Source: Thiobacillus sp. | Lineage (GTDB): Bacteria > Pseudomonadota > Gammaproteobacteria > Burkholderiales > Thiobacillaceae | Direction of reading: 5' to 3' | Assembly (NCBI GenBank): GCA_018780025.1 | Contig: JADMKH010000032.1 | Location: 1-33,439, forward strand | Length of the DNA stretch: 33,439 bases | Shown: positions 17,869-27,852 of the stretch, piece after piece | Layout of the letters: the number at the start of each line of letters is the position of its first letter | Position numbering within the stretch: position 1 is the stretch's first letter | Notes under the pieces: model-generated | Told to the model about the DNA's origin: nothing | What the model saw: the letters and a program-made list of their open reading frames with translations, nothing else | The model's database searches: none | Position numbers and translations under genes: made by a program

Positions 17869-18855
17869 ATGCACCCCCAATCGAACTCCCCCGAACATTT
17901 ACTTGCGCTTGCGCGTCAGGTGCTCGACATTGAAGCGGACGCCCTGCGCGCGCTTTCTACGCGTCTCGATCTGCGTTTCGCCGATGCAGTGCACGTGATT
18001 CTGGCGTGCACCGGTCGCGTGGTGGTGTCGGGCATGGGCAAGTCCGGCCATGTCGGCTGCAAGATTGCGGCGACACTGGCTTCGACCGGCACCCCCGCTT
18101 TTTTCATGCACCCGGGCGAAGCCAGCCATGGCGACCTCGGCATGATCGCGCACGACGACGTGGTGCTGGCCCTGTCGAACTCAGGCGAAAGCAATGAAAT
18201 TGTCAGCATCATTCCGCTGATCAAGCGGCGCGGTGCCAAGCTCATTGCGATGACAGGCAACCCCAACTCGACCATGGCGCGTGAGGCCGATGTCCATCTC
18301 AATGCGGCGGTCGACAAGGAAGCCTGTCCGCTCAACCTGGCCCCCACCGCCAGCACCACCGCTGCGCTGGCGCTGGGCGACGCGCTGGCGGTGGCCTTGC
18401 TCGATGCGCGCGGATTTTCGGCCGACGATTTTGCCCGCACCCATCCCGGTGGCAGTCTGGGCCGACGTTTATTGATTCACGTGCGTGATGTCATGCATAC
18501 AGGCCAGGCGCTCCCGCAAATCGATCACGACGCTTCACTCAAGACCGCCTTGCTCGAAATGACCGAGAAGGGCCTCGGCATGACGGCCGTGGTCGACGCC
18601 GCCGGCAAGGTTGCGGGCGTGTTCACCGACGGCGATCTGCGACGCGCGCTGGAACACGCGCTCGACTTGCAACAGGCACGCGTGGTCGACCTGATGACGC
18701 GCCACCCCAAGACTATCCACGCAGACGAACTCGCCGTAGCGGCAGTCGAAAAAATGGAAACCCTTAAAATAAATGGCCTGCTGGTTGTGGATGAAAGCAA
18801 TACCCTGGTAGGCGCACTTAACATGCATGACCTTTTAAAAGCGGGTGTAGTGTAA
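17869..18855 (+). CDS. kdsD: Arabinose-5-phosphate isomerase (SIS + CBS)
   Basis: GMGKSGH, ASTGTP, HPGEASHGDLG, APTASTT, HPGGSLG. Confidence 0.95.
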   Translation: MHPQSNSPEHLLALARQVLDIEADALRALSTRLDLRFADAVHVILACTGRVVVSGMGKSGHVGCKIAATLASTGTPAFFMHPGEASHGDLGMIAHDDVVLALSNSGESNEIVSIIPLIKRRGAKLIAMTGNPNSTMAREADVHLNAAVDKEACPLNLAPTASTTAALALGDALAVALLDARGFSADDFARTHPGGSLGRRLLIHVRDVMHTGQALPQIDHDASLKTALLEMTEKGLGMTAVVDAAGKVAGVFTDGDLRRALEHALDLQQARVVDLMTRHPKTIHADELAVAAVEKMETLKINGLLVVDESNTLVGALNMHDLLKAGVV

Positions 18856-19397
18856 TGACGACCGAAACAATCAATACTGCCCTGATCGCCCGCGCGCAAA
18901 AAATCAGACTCATCGCATTTGATGTTGATGGAGTGATGACGGATGGCACGCTGTTTCTGGCTGATGACGGGCAGGAATACAAAGGTTTTAACTCGCTCGA
19001 CGGCCATGGACTGAAAATGCTGAAAGGCAGCGGCGTTGAGTTGGCCATCATCACCGGCCGCAGCTCGCGTGTGGTGGAGCATCGCGCCAAAAGCCTGGGC
19101 ATCGAAATCATCCATCAGGGCGCGCACGACAAGCTGGCCGTGTATGAGGCACTCTGCCAGGAACTCAACATTTCCTGTGAAAACACCGCGTATATGGGTG
19201 ATGACGTGGTGGACCTGCCTGTCATGCGACGCGCCGGGTTGGCGATTACCGTACCCGCCGCCACCGAACTGGTCAAAGCCCACAGCCACCTGGTCACCAC
19301 GCGAAACGCCGGCCACGGTGCCGTGCGCGAAGCCTGCGAGTTTTTGATGCGCGCGCAAGGCACATTGGACGCGGCTTTGGCGCCTTATTTGAGATGA
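18855..19397 (+). CDS. kdsC: KDO 8-phosphate phosphatase
   Basis: FDVDGVMTDG, AIITGR, GDDVVDL, GAVRE. Confidence 0.95.
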   Translation: MTTETINTALIARAQKIRLIAFDVDGVMTDGTLFLADDGQEYKGFNSLDGHGLKMLKGSGVELAIITGRSSRVVEHRAKSLGIEIIHQGAHDKLAVYEALCQELNISCENTAYMGDDVVDLPVMRRAGLAITVPAATELVKAHSHLVTTRNAGHGAVREACEFLMRAQGTLDAALAPYLR

Positions 19398-19443
19398 CCG
19401 GACGAGGCCAGCGCATGGTGCGTAAAATCAGATTGGGTGCGGC

Positions 19444-20016
19444 ATGACCGCACGTGGGTCTTTGTGGCTACCCCTGCTGGTATTGCTGCTGCTGGCTGCG
19501 CTCAGTTTCTGGATCGAACGCTCGGTGCAAACGCTACCCAACGGCAACACGACGGGGGAAACCGACCCCGAGGGCATCATGGAAAATTTCGATGCGTTAC
19601 GTACCGATCAAACGGGCCGCCCTCAATACCGCCTGTCCGCAAAAAAGCTCAAGCATTATTCCGGCAGTAAGCGCACCGAACTGGAATCACCCCATTTTGT
19701 GCTGCTGGACCCCAATACCAGTGCAGTCAGCGCTGTATCCCAACTGGCAACCGTCTCATCCGATGGTAACGAAGTCGACCTGCGTGGCGACGTGAAAATC
19801 CTGCGCGCTGCGGGTGCTGGACAGTCGGCCCTGACGATGCAGACTGCACGGTTGATCGTTTTCCCCGAACGCAAGCTGCTCCGCTCACCTGGGCCCGTCG
19901 ATATTCAGGACGCCACCTTGAATTTACGCGCGGGCGCCATGGAGTACAACGCTGTGCAACGCCTCATCAAACTGACAGGACGGGTTCAAGCCCGTTATAT
20001 TTCCGGAAAAAATTAG
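19444..20016 (+). CDS. lptC: LPS export protein LptC
   Basis: Single N-terminal TM helix plus beta-jellyroll-like body; synteny kdsC-lptC-lptA. Confidence 0.88.
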   Translation: MTARGSLWLPLLVLLLLAALSFWIERSVQTLPNGNTTGETDPEGIMENFDALRTDQTGRPQYRLSAKKLKHYSGSKRTELESPHFVLLDPNTSAVSAVSQLATVSSDGNEVDLRGDVKILRAAGAGQSALTMQTARLIVFPERKLLRSPGPVDIQDATLNLRAGAMEYNAVQRLIKLTGRVQARYISGKN

Positions 20017-20020
20017 CGCC

Positions 20021-20554
20021 ATGAAAATATGTAAATCAGGATTTTATGCCGGGCTGTGCGCTGTATTGTTGGCCCTTCCCGCCCAGGCTGAAAAGGCCGA
20101 CCGCAGCAAACCGGTCAACCTCGAGGCTGACACCGTGACCCTCGATGACATCAAAAAAGTCAGCGTATATCAAGGCAATGTGATCTTGAGCCAGGGTACG
20201 TTGACACTGCACGCGGACCGCGTTCAGGTGACTCAAAACACGAACGGGATCGACAAAATCAGCGCCTCCGGACGGCCGGCGGCGTTTCGCCAGAAAGTCG
20301 ATGGCCGTGAAGAATTTATCGAGGGATTTTCCGAGCGCATCGAATTCGATAGCGCCAACAGCCAGCTCGAGTTGATTGGCCAGGCCCAATTGCGACGCGG
20401 CGGCGATGAACTGCGCGGCGCCCAGATTTCATATAACAGCAACACCGAGTTCTACAAAGTCGTCGGCCAGCCTGACGCCAAAACACCGAGTGGCCGTGTT
20501 CGCGCTGTCATCCGTCCCAAAGCGAGCATCGAACAACCTGCTTCCAGACCATGA
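20021..20554 (+). CDS. lptA: LPS transport periplasmic protein LptA
   Basis: Signal peptide, [23 protein letters not shown]. Confidence 0.92.
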   Translation: MKICKSGFYAGLCAVLLALPAQAEKADRSKPVNLEADTVTLDDIKKVSVYQGNVILSQGTLTLHADRVQVTQNTNGIDKISASGRPAAFRQKVDGREEFIEGFSERIEFDSANSQLELIGQAQLRRGGDELRGAQISYNSNTEFYKVVGQPDAKTPSGRVRAVIRPKASIEQPASRP

Positions 20555-21273
20555 GTCAGATTTCCGCCCAGCACCTGCGCAAGACCTACGGCAAACGCAC
20601 CGTGGTGCACGATGTTTCATTTGTGGTCAACAGTGGTGAAGTGGTCGGGCTGCTGGGGCCGAATGGTGCCGGCAAGACCACCTGCTTTTATATGGTGGTG
20701 GGGCTGGTTGCGGCCGATGGCGGCACGGTGACAATGGACACGCATGACCTGACTCACATGGCGATCCACCAGCGTGCACGACTGGGTTTGTCCTACCTGC
20801 CACAAGAGCCCTCCATCTTCCGGAAAATGACGGTGGAAGAAAATATACGCGCCATCCTGGAGCTCAAGGCCTACGACAAGGATGAACGCGAGGAGCATCT
20901 CAACAACCTGCTCGAGGACCTGCACATTGCCCATCTGCGCGATGCCGCCGCAGTCAGCTTATCGGGAGGCGAACGTCGCCGGGTGGAAATTGCCCGTGCA
21001 TTGGCAATCAATCCTGGCTTCATCCTGCTCGACGAACCATTTGCAGGCGTCGACCCCATTGCGGTGCTCGACATCCAGAAACTGGTGCATTTCCTGATTG
21101 AACGTGACATCGGGGTCCTGATCACCGATCACAACGTCCGAGAAACACTCGGCATCTGCGATCGCGCCTATATCATCAACGAAGGCCGCCTGCTTGTTGA
21201 CGGTACGCCAGACCTCATCATTCAGGACGACAAGGCGCGCAAGGTTTACCTGGGTGAAAATTTCCGTTTATAA
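20551..21273 (+). CDS. lptB: LPS export ABC ATPase
   Basis: [44 protein letters not shown]. Confidence 0.97.
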   Translation: MSQISAQHLRKTYGKRTVVHDVSFVVNSGEVVGLLGPNGAGKTTCFYMVVGLVAADGGTVTMDTHDLTHMAIHQRARLGLSYLPQEPSIFRKMTVEENIRAILELKAYDKDEREEHLNNLLEDLHIAHLRDAAAVSLSGGERRRVEIARALAINPGFILLDEPFAGVDPIAVLDIQKLVHFLIERDIGVLITDHNVRETLGICDRAYIINEGRLLVDGTPDLIIQDDKARKVYLGENFRL

Positions 21274-21311
21274 CGCCGCTTCCAGCGAATACCGTTACAC
21301 TTGGCTCAAGC

Positions 21312-21327
21312 CGGCACGATTATTGCC
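21312..21327 (+). promoter_or_regulatory. Sigma54 -24/-12 site immediately upstream of rpoN
   Basis: CGGCACGATTATTGCC: GG-N10-GC. Confidence 0.65.
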
Positions 21328-21340
21328 GTAGTCAAGACAC

Positions 21341-22774
21341 ATGAAGCACAGCCTCCAGCTCAAGCTCGGTCAGCACCTTACCCTGACACCGCAATTGCAG
21401 CAGTCGATCCGGCTGTTGCAGCTGTCTACGCTCGAATTAAACCAGGAACTGGAGCAAATCCTCCAGGACAACCCCCTGCTCGAGCGTGAAGAAGAGGACG
21501 AAGCCAGACAAGAGGCGTCCGACCCCCCGACACATACCGCCGAAGCTGAAACCCAGAACACCGAAGTGGCACCGCGAGACACGGCCGACACCGAGCCGGT
21601 GACCGCACAGGATGATTCAGACTGGAACGATTACAGTCCATCCGGAGGCGACGACGATGACGGCGACTACGCCGAGGGATCGATTGTCGGCGCTACCCTT
21701 CGCGAACATCTGCTGAACCAGTTGATTGTCAGCCCGCTGACCCTGCGCGACAGAACCCTGGTCGCCGCGCTCATTGATGATCTGGACGACGCCGGCCTGC
21801 TCTCCCAACCGCTCGCGGACATTACAGAAAGCTTGCAGGCCGAGCTGGAAGAGCTGGAACCCGAAGAGTTGGAAACTGCGCTCAAACATCTGCAAAACAT
21901 GGACCCAACGGGCGTCGGCGCACGCAACCTGGCGGAATGCCTGACCTTGCAGTTGCGCGCCCTGCCGCCCGACACACCGGTGCGCGATGAGGCCATGCGG
22001 CTGACGACGCATTACCTGGATCTGCTGGCCGCGCGCGATGTAGGCAAGCTCAAAAAAATGCTCGGCATCGACGACCCCACGCTACGGGCTGCGCGTGCCC
22101 TGATTCTCTCGCTCAATCCGCGCCCGGGTGCCGCTTTCGGCGCCGACGACATCCACTATGTGATTCCGGACGTGCATGTGCGCAAGGTCAAGGGCATGTG
22201 GATCGCCAGCCTGAATGCGGATGCCATGCCCAAACTGCGTGTCAATCGCGTCTATGCCGACATCCTGTCGCGTCACCGCGAAGGGGGCGGCGGCCAGCTT
22301 GCCAGCCAGTTGCAGGAAGCACGCTGGCTGATTAAAAACGTGCAACAGCGGTTCGACACCATCCTGCGCGTCTCGCAGGCCATCGTCGACCGCCAGAAGC
22401 ATTTCTTCGAGCACGGTGAAGTGGCGATGCGGCCGCTGGTGCTGCGCGAAATTGCCGACACGGTGGAACTGCACGAATCGACCATTTCGCGCGTCACCAC
22501 GCAAAAGTTCATGATGACGCCGCGCGGCTTGTACGAACTGAAGTATTTTTTTGGCAGCCACGTATCCACCGACAATGGCGGGGCCTGCTCATCGACCGCC
22601 ATTCGTGCGCTGATCAAGCAACTGATCGCAACCGAAGGGGGAGGGAAACCGCTTTCCGATGGACAGTTGGCCGAAGTGCTGAGTCGGCAGGGCATCGTGG
22701 TGGCTCGCCGCACGGTCGCCAAGTATCGCGAATCGATGCAAATCCCGCCCGCGAACATGCGTCGGGCGTTGTGA
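21341..22774 (+). CDS. rpoN: RNA polymerase sigma-54 factor
   Basis: LTPQLQQSIRLLQL region I, HESTISR, RpoN box ARRTVAKYRE. Confidence 0.98.
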   Translation: MKHSLQLKLGQHLTLTPQLQQSIRLLQLSTLELNQELEQILQDNPLLEREEEDEARQEASDPPTHTAEAETQNTEVAPRDTADTEPVTAQDDSDWNDYSPSGGDDDDGDYAEGSIVGATLREHLLNQLIVSPLTLRDRTLVAALIDDLDDAGLLSQPLADITESLQAELEELEPEELETALKHLQNMDPTGVGARNLAECLTLQLRALPPDTPVRDEAMRLTTHYLDLLAARDVGKLKKMLGIDDPTLRAARALILSLNPRPGAAFGADDIHYVIPDVHVRKVKGMWIASLNADAMPKLRVNRVYADILSRHREGGGGQLASQLQEARWLIKNVQQRFDTILRVSQAIVDRQKHFFEHGEVAMRPLVLREIADTVELHESTISRVTTQKFMMTPRGLYELKYFFGSHVSTDNGGACSSTAIRALIKQLIATEGGGKPLSDGQLAEVLSRQGIVVARRTVAKYRESMQIPPANMRRAL

Positions 22775-22821
22775 TAGTAAGAACGTCCCAGGCTCATCCT
22801 GTCCGAAATTTTGCACTGCGC

Positions 22822-22850
22822 TTGAATGTCCCCCACTTTCGTCCCACAAT
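22822..22850 (+). promoter_or_regulatory. Putative internal promoter for hpf
   Basis: TTGAAT, 17 bp, CACAAT; CTTGAA...CCCAC also resembles a sigma32 site. Confidence 0.45.
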
Positions 22851-22930
22851 GACAGTGAGCGTTCAATATCGCTCCTGACAATGGGGCACTGCCCGGTTTT
22901 CAGTTCTTTTCAGCACATTAAGGAGGCTCT

Positions 22931-23272
22931 ATGAATTTGACAATTTCCGGTCATCACCTGGAAGTGACCCCAGCCATCCGCGACTACGTTTCCGACAAGC
23001 TCGACCGCGTTAAACGACACTTCGATCACGTCATCAACGTGAGCGTCATCATGCAAGTGGAAAAACTGGTGCACAAAGTAGAGGCTACCCTGCACGTCAA
23101 GGGCCATGATTTTCATGCCCACAGTGAAGATGGCAACATGTACGCTGCCATTGACCTTCTGGCCGACAAACTGGATCGCCAGATCGTCAAGCACAAGGAA
23201 AAAACCTCGGACGTCCATCAGGGCGACGGCGGCTTGAAACATCAGTCGGCAGAAAGCGTTGTTGAAGGTTAG
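22931..23272 (+). CDS. hpf: Ribosome hibernation promoting factor
   Basis: MNLTISGHHLEVTPAIRDYV, MYAAIDLLADKLDRQ; AAGGAGG RBS. Confidence 0.95.
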   Translation: MNLTISGHHLEVTPAIRDYVSDKLDRVKRHFDHVINVSVIMQVEKLVHKVEATLHVKGHDFHAHSEDGNMYAAIDLLADKLDRQIVKHKEKTSDVHQGDGGLKHQSAESVVEG

Positions 23273-23368
23273 AACCCCAGCATTAATCTCATGTTGCCGG
23301 GGGCAGCTCAACGCCTCCGGTCGAATAATCCGCAAGCGCCGGATTCCATAATCAGCTCCACAACCGGC

Positions 23369-23824
23369 ATGAATCTAATCGCCCCCCTGATCACCCCCGA
23401 CACCACCTTGCTGGACCTGAGTTTTTCCAGCAAGAAGAAGCTGTTTGAACACGCAGCCGATCTGTTCGCCCAAACGCATGGACTCAAGTCCTCCGACATT
23501 TTCACCAGCCTGTTCGAGCGCGAACGCCTGGGCTCGACCGCGCTCGGCTGTGGCATCGCCATTCCGCATGGCCGCATCAAAGGCCTCAACGATGCCTGCG
23601 GCGCATTCTATCGGCTGAAAACACCGCTGGAATTCGACGCGCCAGACAATCAGCCGGTCAACCTGTGTTTTGTATTGCTGGTCCCCAAGGACGCCAACGA
23701 ACGTCATCTGCAAATTCTGGGTGAACTGGCCCAATTGTTCGGCGACGATGCCATGCGCGCCAAAATGCTGGGCATTGCCGATGCCTACGCGCTGATCGCG
23801 CTGCTCAGCACCTGGTCAAGCTAG
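23369..23824 (+). CDS. ptsN: PTS IIA(Ntr)
   Basis: RERLGST, GIAIPHGR, FDAPD, HLQIL; synteny. Confidence 0.92.
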   Translation: MNLIAPLITPDTTLLDLSFSSKKKLFEHAADLFAQTHGLKSSDIFTSLFERERLGSTALGCGIAIPHGRIKGLNDACGAFYRLKTPLEFDAPDNQPVNLCFVLLVPKDANERHLQILGELAQLFGDDAMRAKMLGIADAYALIALLSTWSS

Positions 23825-23840
23825 ACACGATGCCCTGCGC

Positions 23841-24791
23841 ATGGACGACCTGACCCACGTAACAGTCGAAACCCTGTTCCGCGACATGGCGGAGCAACTC
23901 GATCTGCAATGGATGGCGGGACAAACGGGTGGCCAGCGCACCCTCTCTTCCGAAACCATACAAAAACCCACTCTGGCACTCATCGGCCACCTGAACTTCG
24001 TGCACCCCAATCGGGTTCAGGTGCTGGGCTGCGCGGAAATGGACTATCTGCGCGGATTGACTGACGCAGCCCTGCAGGACTCGATCGATCACCTGTTTTC
24101 GACCGAGCTTGCGGCCATCGTGATTTCCAACGGCGAAGCCGTGCCCCCTGTGTTGATTGACAGTGCCGAGCGCACCGAAACGCCCTTGTTCGCCTCGAAA
24201 CTGGTCAGCCCTGTCCTGATGTCCCATCTGGGACATTACCTGACGCAGCGTTTGGCCGAAGCCACCTCGATCCATGGCGTATTTCTCGAAGTGCTCGGCA
24301 CCGGCGTACTCATCAAGGGCGACGCCGGCGTGGGCAAAAGCGAACTGGCGCTGGAGCTCATCACGCGCGGCCATCGCCTGATCGCCGACGACGTGGTCGA
24401 ACTCAAGCACGTTGCCCCCGAAACGCTGGAAGGCAATTGCCCGCCCATGATTCGCGACTTTCTGGAAGTGCGCGGCCTGGGCATCCTCAATATCCGCTTC
24501 CTGTTTGGCGAAACGGCCGTCAAGATGCAAAAAAATCTCAAGCTCATTGTCGAGCTGGTGCAGGCAGAAGAAATCGGTGAAGTCGGTCTCAACCGCCTTG
24601 ACATGGTGGCCTCAACCGAGGTCATCCTCAGTGTAGGCATTCCCAAAGTACGCATTCCCGTTGCTGCAGGCCGCAACCTGGCTGTGCTGGTCGAGGTCGC
24701 AGTCCGTAACCACATCCTCAAGAGCCGTGGGATCAATCCGGTCGAGCAATTCATCAAGCGCCAGCAGGCGGCCATCGACAGGAACTCTTGA
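23841..24791 (+). CDS. hprK: HPr kinase/phosphorylase
   Basis: HGVFL, GDAGVGKSELALEL, GHRLIADD, LEVRGLG, GRNLAVLVE. Confidence 0.96.
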   Translation: MDDLTHVTVETLFRDMAEQLDLQWMAGQTGGQRTLSSETIQKPTLALIGHLNFVHPNRVQVLGCAEMDYLRGLTDAALQDSIDHLFSTELAAIVISNGEAVPPVLIDSAERTETPLFASKLVSPVLMSHLGHYLTQRLAEATSIHGVFLEVLGTGVLIKGDAGVGKSELALELITRGHRLIADDVVELKHVAPETLEGNCPPMIRDFLEVRGLGILNIRFLFGETAVKMQKNLKLIVELVQAEEIGEVGLNRLDMVASTEVILSVGIPKVRIPVAAGRNLAVLVEVAVRNHILKSRGINPVEQFIKRQQAAIDRNS

Positions 24792-25628
24792 ATGCAGATC
24801 GTTCTGGTTTCCGGATTATCGGGCTCGGGCAAGAGCATCGCCATCGCGGTGCTGGAAGACATCGGCTATTACTGCGTCGACAATTTACCGCTGCTCATGC
24901 TGCAACCGCTGGTGGATTTTTTACGCCAGGAAGGCCACACCCGCATCGCTATTGCCATCGATGCCCGCAGCAGCACAAGTTTTACCCAGCTGCCCCAGAT
25001 TGCCGAGGCACTGCGCGGCCAGGGTGCCGATCTGAGAGTGGTTTTTCTTGAGGCGAAAACGCTCACGCTGGTTCAGCGTTTTTCAGAAACGCGCCGGCGC
25101 CACCCGCTTTCCAGCGACACCGTTTCACTGCAGGAAGCGATCCAGCTCGAACGCGAAATGCTCGAAGATATTGCACCGCTGGCGCACCGCATCGATACCA
25201 GCGATCTGTCTGCCTCGGCATTGCGGCTGTGGATCAAGGACCTGATCGAACAGGATCGTTCGCGCATCACGCTGCTGTTTGAATCCTTCGGCTTCAAGCA
25301 CGGCATTCCGCTCGACGCCGACCTGGTGTTCGACGTGCGCTGCCTGCCCAACCCGCATTACGTCGCCGAACTTCGTCCGCTCACCGGACGCGACCAGCCG
25401 GTCAAGGCATATATCGAAGCCAGCGCCAATGCGATGGCACTTCTGGCCGACATCCGCGGTTTTGTCGAAAACTGGCTGCCGTGTTTCATCCGCGATCACC
25501 GCGCCTATCTGACCGTGGCCATCGGTTGCACCGGCGGCCAGCACCGCAGCGTGTATTTTGCAGAGACGCTCGCCACCGCCTTCCGCGAACGCGAACAGGT
25601 GCTGGTGCGGCACCGCGAGCTGTCCTGA
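24792..25628 (+). CDS. rapZ: RNase adapter RapZ
   Basis: [40 protein letters not shown]. Confidence 0.96.
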   Translation: MQIVLVSGLSGSGKSIAIAVLEDIGYYCVDNLPLLMLQPLVDFLRQEGHTRIAIAIDARSSTSFTQLPQIAEALRGQGADLRVVFLEAKTLTLVQRFSETRRRHPLSSDTVSLQEAIQLEREMLEDIAPLAHRIDTSDLSASALRLWIKDLIEQDRSRITLLFESFGFKHGIPLDADLVFDVRCLPNPHYVAELRPLTGRDQPVKAYIEASANAMALLADIRGFVENWLPCFIRDHRAYLTVAIGCTGGQHRSVYFAETLATAFREREQVLVRHRELS

Positions 25629-25990
25629 TGCTCTTGCGCGCGGGCGATGCAGGTGTCCTGCTCGCTGGCACCGGCCTGGTCATCACGCTGGCCCTGTATG
25701 CCTGGAGCGGCGATCACGGCGATACAGCCGTGATCCGAGCCGCAGGCCAGATTGTGGAAACCGCTTCGCTCACCCACATTCAACGCTTTGCTATCGACGG
25801 GCCGCTCGGCACCACCCAGATCGAGATTGAACCCGGCCGCGCGCGCGTTGCACGTGACCCCTCGCCGCGCCAGCTGTGCGTCAAGCAAGGCTGGCTCACC
25901 CAATCCGGCCAGGCAGCGCTGTGCCTGCCCAATCAGGTCAGCGTTGAAATCCGCGGCCGCACCACCGCCTATGACACGCTCGGTTATTGA
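25628..25990 (+). CDS. NusG domain II-containing membrane-anchored protein
   Basis: TM helix, then GPLG...SPRQLCVKQGW...CLPNQVSVEI; TGATG coupling to rapZ. Confidence 0.82.
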   Translation: MLLRAGDAGVLLAGTGLVITLALYAWSGDHGDTAVIRAAGQIVETASLTHIQRFAIDGPLGTTQIEIEPGRARVARDPSPRQLCVKQGWLTQSGQAALCLPNQVSVEIRGRTTAYDTLGY

Positions 25991-26513
25991 ATTGCCGGTC
26001 AATGCTGACGACCGCCGCATTGCGCGGCTGGCGGCGCTGGCCATCGGCCTTACGCTGGCCGAGGCGGCGCTGCCGAGTCCGGTGCCCGGCATCAAGCCGG
26101 GACTCGCCAACATCGTCGTGCTGCTGGTGCTGCTGCAATATGGCTGGCGCGCCGCGGCTTGGGTGTCGGGCCTACGTGTGCTTGCGGGTGGGCTCTTGCT
26201 GGGCAGCCTGTTTGCGCCGGGCTTCTGGCTGTCCGCTGCTGGCGCGATCACCAGCCTGGGCGTTCTGGCGCTGGCGCGACATTTGCCCAGCCAATATTTT
26301 GGCCCGATCAGCCTGTCGGTTCTCGCCGCGTTCGGTCATATCGGCGGGCAGCTTGCGCTGGCAGGTGCGTGGCTGTTACCTGGCATCGCGCTCATCAAGC
26401 TGATGCCGGTTTTTGCCGCGGCCGCGCTTGTTTTCGGTGCGGTCAATGGCGTGATAGTCGCGCGTTTTCTCGTCTCCTCCGGGCGCGATAAAGACATGCA
26501 ACAACAAGCGTAA
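25971..26513 (+). CDS. Gx transporter family protein (heptaprenyl diphosphate synthase component I-like)
   Basis: E..LPSPVPGIKPGLANIV, GHIGGQL, multiple TM helices. Confidence 0.85.
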   Translation: MTRSVIELPVNADDRRIARLAALAIGLTLAEAALPSPVPGIKPGLANIVVLLVLLQYGWRAAAWVSGLRVLAGGLLLGSLFAPGFWLSAAGAITSLGVLALARHLPSQYFGPISLSVLAAFGHIGGQLALAGAWLLPGIALIKLMPVFAAAALVFGAVNGVIVARFLVSSGRDKDMQQQA

Positions 26514-26584
26514 CCCCATATTGCCCCCCTGTATCGGGCAGCGTTGGGTAGATTATTGATGGCATCCGCGCGACAATCCGGTCT

Positions 26585-27202
26585 ATGAATTCATCCCCAA
26601 ACACAATCACGCTTGCGCTGTCGGGCGCCTCCGGCATGGCTTATGGCCTGCGTCTGCTCGAGTGCCTGCTGACTGCCGACATCCGGGTGTACCTGCTGAT
26701 TTCCCAGGCTGCGCACATCGTCGCCAAACAGGAACTGGGCGTGGCACTGCCCGCCCGCTCTATCGACCTTGAGAAACAACTCACCGACAGTCTCCATGCG
26801 CGCGATGGCCAGCTGCGCGTATTTGGTCGCGAAGACTGGAATGCTCCCGTTGCATCCGGTTCCAATCCGGCTGATGCGATGGTGGTGTGTCCCTGCTCGA
26901 TGGGCACGCTTGCCGCCATCGCCCATGGCATATCGGACAACCTGATCGAACGCGCCGCCGACGTAATGCTGAAAGAGCAGCGCAAACTCATCCTGGTTCC
27001 ACGCGAAGCGCCCTTCTCCACACTCCATCTGGAAAACATGCTGAAACTGTCAAAGATGAATGCGGTCATTCTGCCGGCCAATCCCGGCTTTTATCATCGG
27101 CCGCAAAGCGTCGAGGACATTATCGACTTCGTCGTCGCGCGCATACTCGATCAACTGGGCATCCAGCACGCCTTGATGGCTCGCTGGGGAGACGACCGAT
27201 GA
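26585..27202 (+). CDS. ubiX: Flavin prenyltransferase
   Basis: [37 protein letters not shown]. Confidence 0.96.
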   Translation: MNSSPNTITLALSGASGMAYGLRLLECLLTADIRVYLLISQAAHIVAKQELGVALPARSIDLEKQLTDSLHARDGQLRVFGREDWNAPVASGSNPADAMVVCPCSMGTLAAIAHGISDNLIERAADVMLKEQRKLILVPREAPFSTLHLENMLKLSKMNAVILPANPGFYHRPQSVEDIIDFVVARILDQLGIQHALMARWGDDR

Positions 27203-27852
27203 TCGGTTTGCCCAAACAAAAGACCCTACCGCTTTTCCCGCTCAATACCGTCGTTTTTCCCGGCGGACGGCTACCGCTGCGCATCTTCGAACAGCGTTAT
27301 CTGGACATGATCAAACAGGCCATCGCCAACGACACGCCCTTCGGTATCTGCGCACCCGCGTGGGGTACGCCGGTGGGTGCCCCGCCACTGCGCGGCGACC
27401 CTTCCGCAGCCATTCGCGAAGGTTCCGAAACGGGCAGCCCTGCCGTACCATATGACGTTGGCACCTGCATGCGCATCACTGACTGGGATATGCCGCAAAC
27501 CGGCATCCTTCACATCGAAACAGTTGCGCTGGAACGCTTCGTCATCCGCAGCACCCATACCGAACCTAACGGGCTGCTTATGGGCACGGTGGAGGATGTC
27601 AGCGTCGAACCCACTGCCCCCATCCCCGACGATCTGGAACTGCCCGTCGAAATTCTGCGCCACATCATTGGAGAATATGGCGATGCCCATTTCCCCGAGC
27701 CGCACGAACTGGATAATGCGGTATGGGTTGGATACCGCTTGTCTGAAGTGCTGCCCCTCACGCTGAGCATCCAGCAAAACCTGCTGGAAATGAACGACAG
27801 CGTGATGCGCCTTCGCATCCTCACCGAGTTCCTGAAAAAGCAGATCAACTGA
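27199..27852 (+). CDS. LON peptidase substrate-binding domain protein with an apparent 19-aa insert
   Basis: [25 protein letters not shown]; ATG 27199 overlaps the ubiX stop. Confidence 0.9.
   Translation: MIGLPKQKTLPLFPLNTVVFPGGRLPLRIFEQRYLDMIKQAIANDTPFGICAPAWGTPVGAPPLRGDPSAAIREGSETGSPAVPYDVGTCMRITDWDMPQTGILHIETVALERFVIRSTHTEPNGLLMGTVEDVSVEPTAPIPDDLELPVEILRHIIGEYGDAHFPEPHELDNAVWVGYRLSEVLPLTLSIQQNLLEMNDSVMRLRILTEFLKKQIN
27348..27410. repeat. Palindromic in-frame insert of about 57 bp
   Basis: CTGCG/CGCAG ends; GCACCCGC/GTGGGTGC and GGGT..CGCC/GGCG-ACCC stems. Confidence 0.65.

Noticed and set aside
22772-22780. TGA TAG TAA triple in-frame stop after rpoN
   Set aside because: Curious, but tandem stops are common and imply no separate function
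23273-23368. Weak stems in the hpf-ptsN spacer and the N-terminal extension of the ptsN ORF
   Set aside because: Pairing is poor; ATG 23369 gives the normal PtsN length
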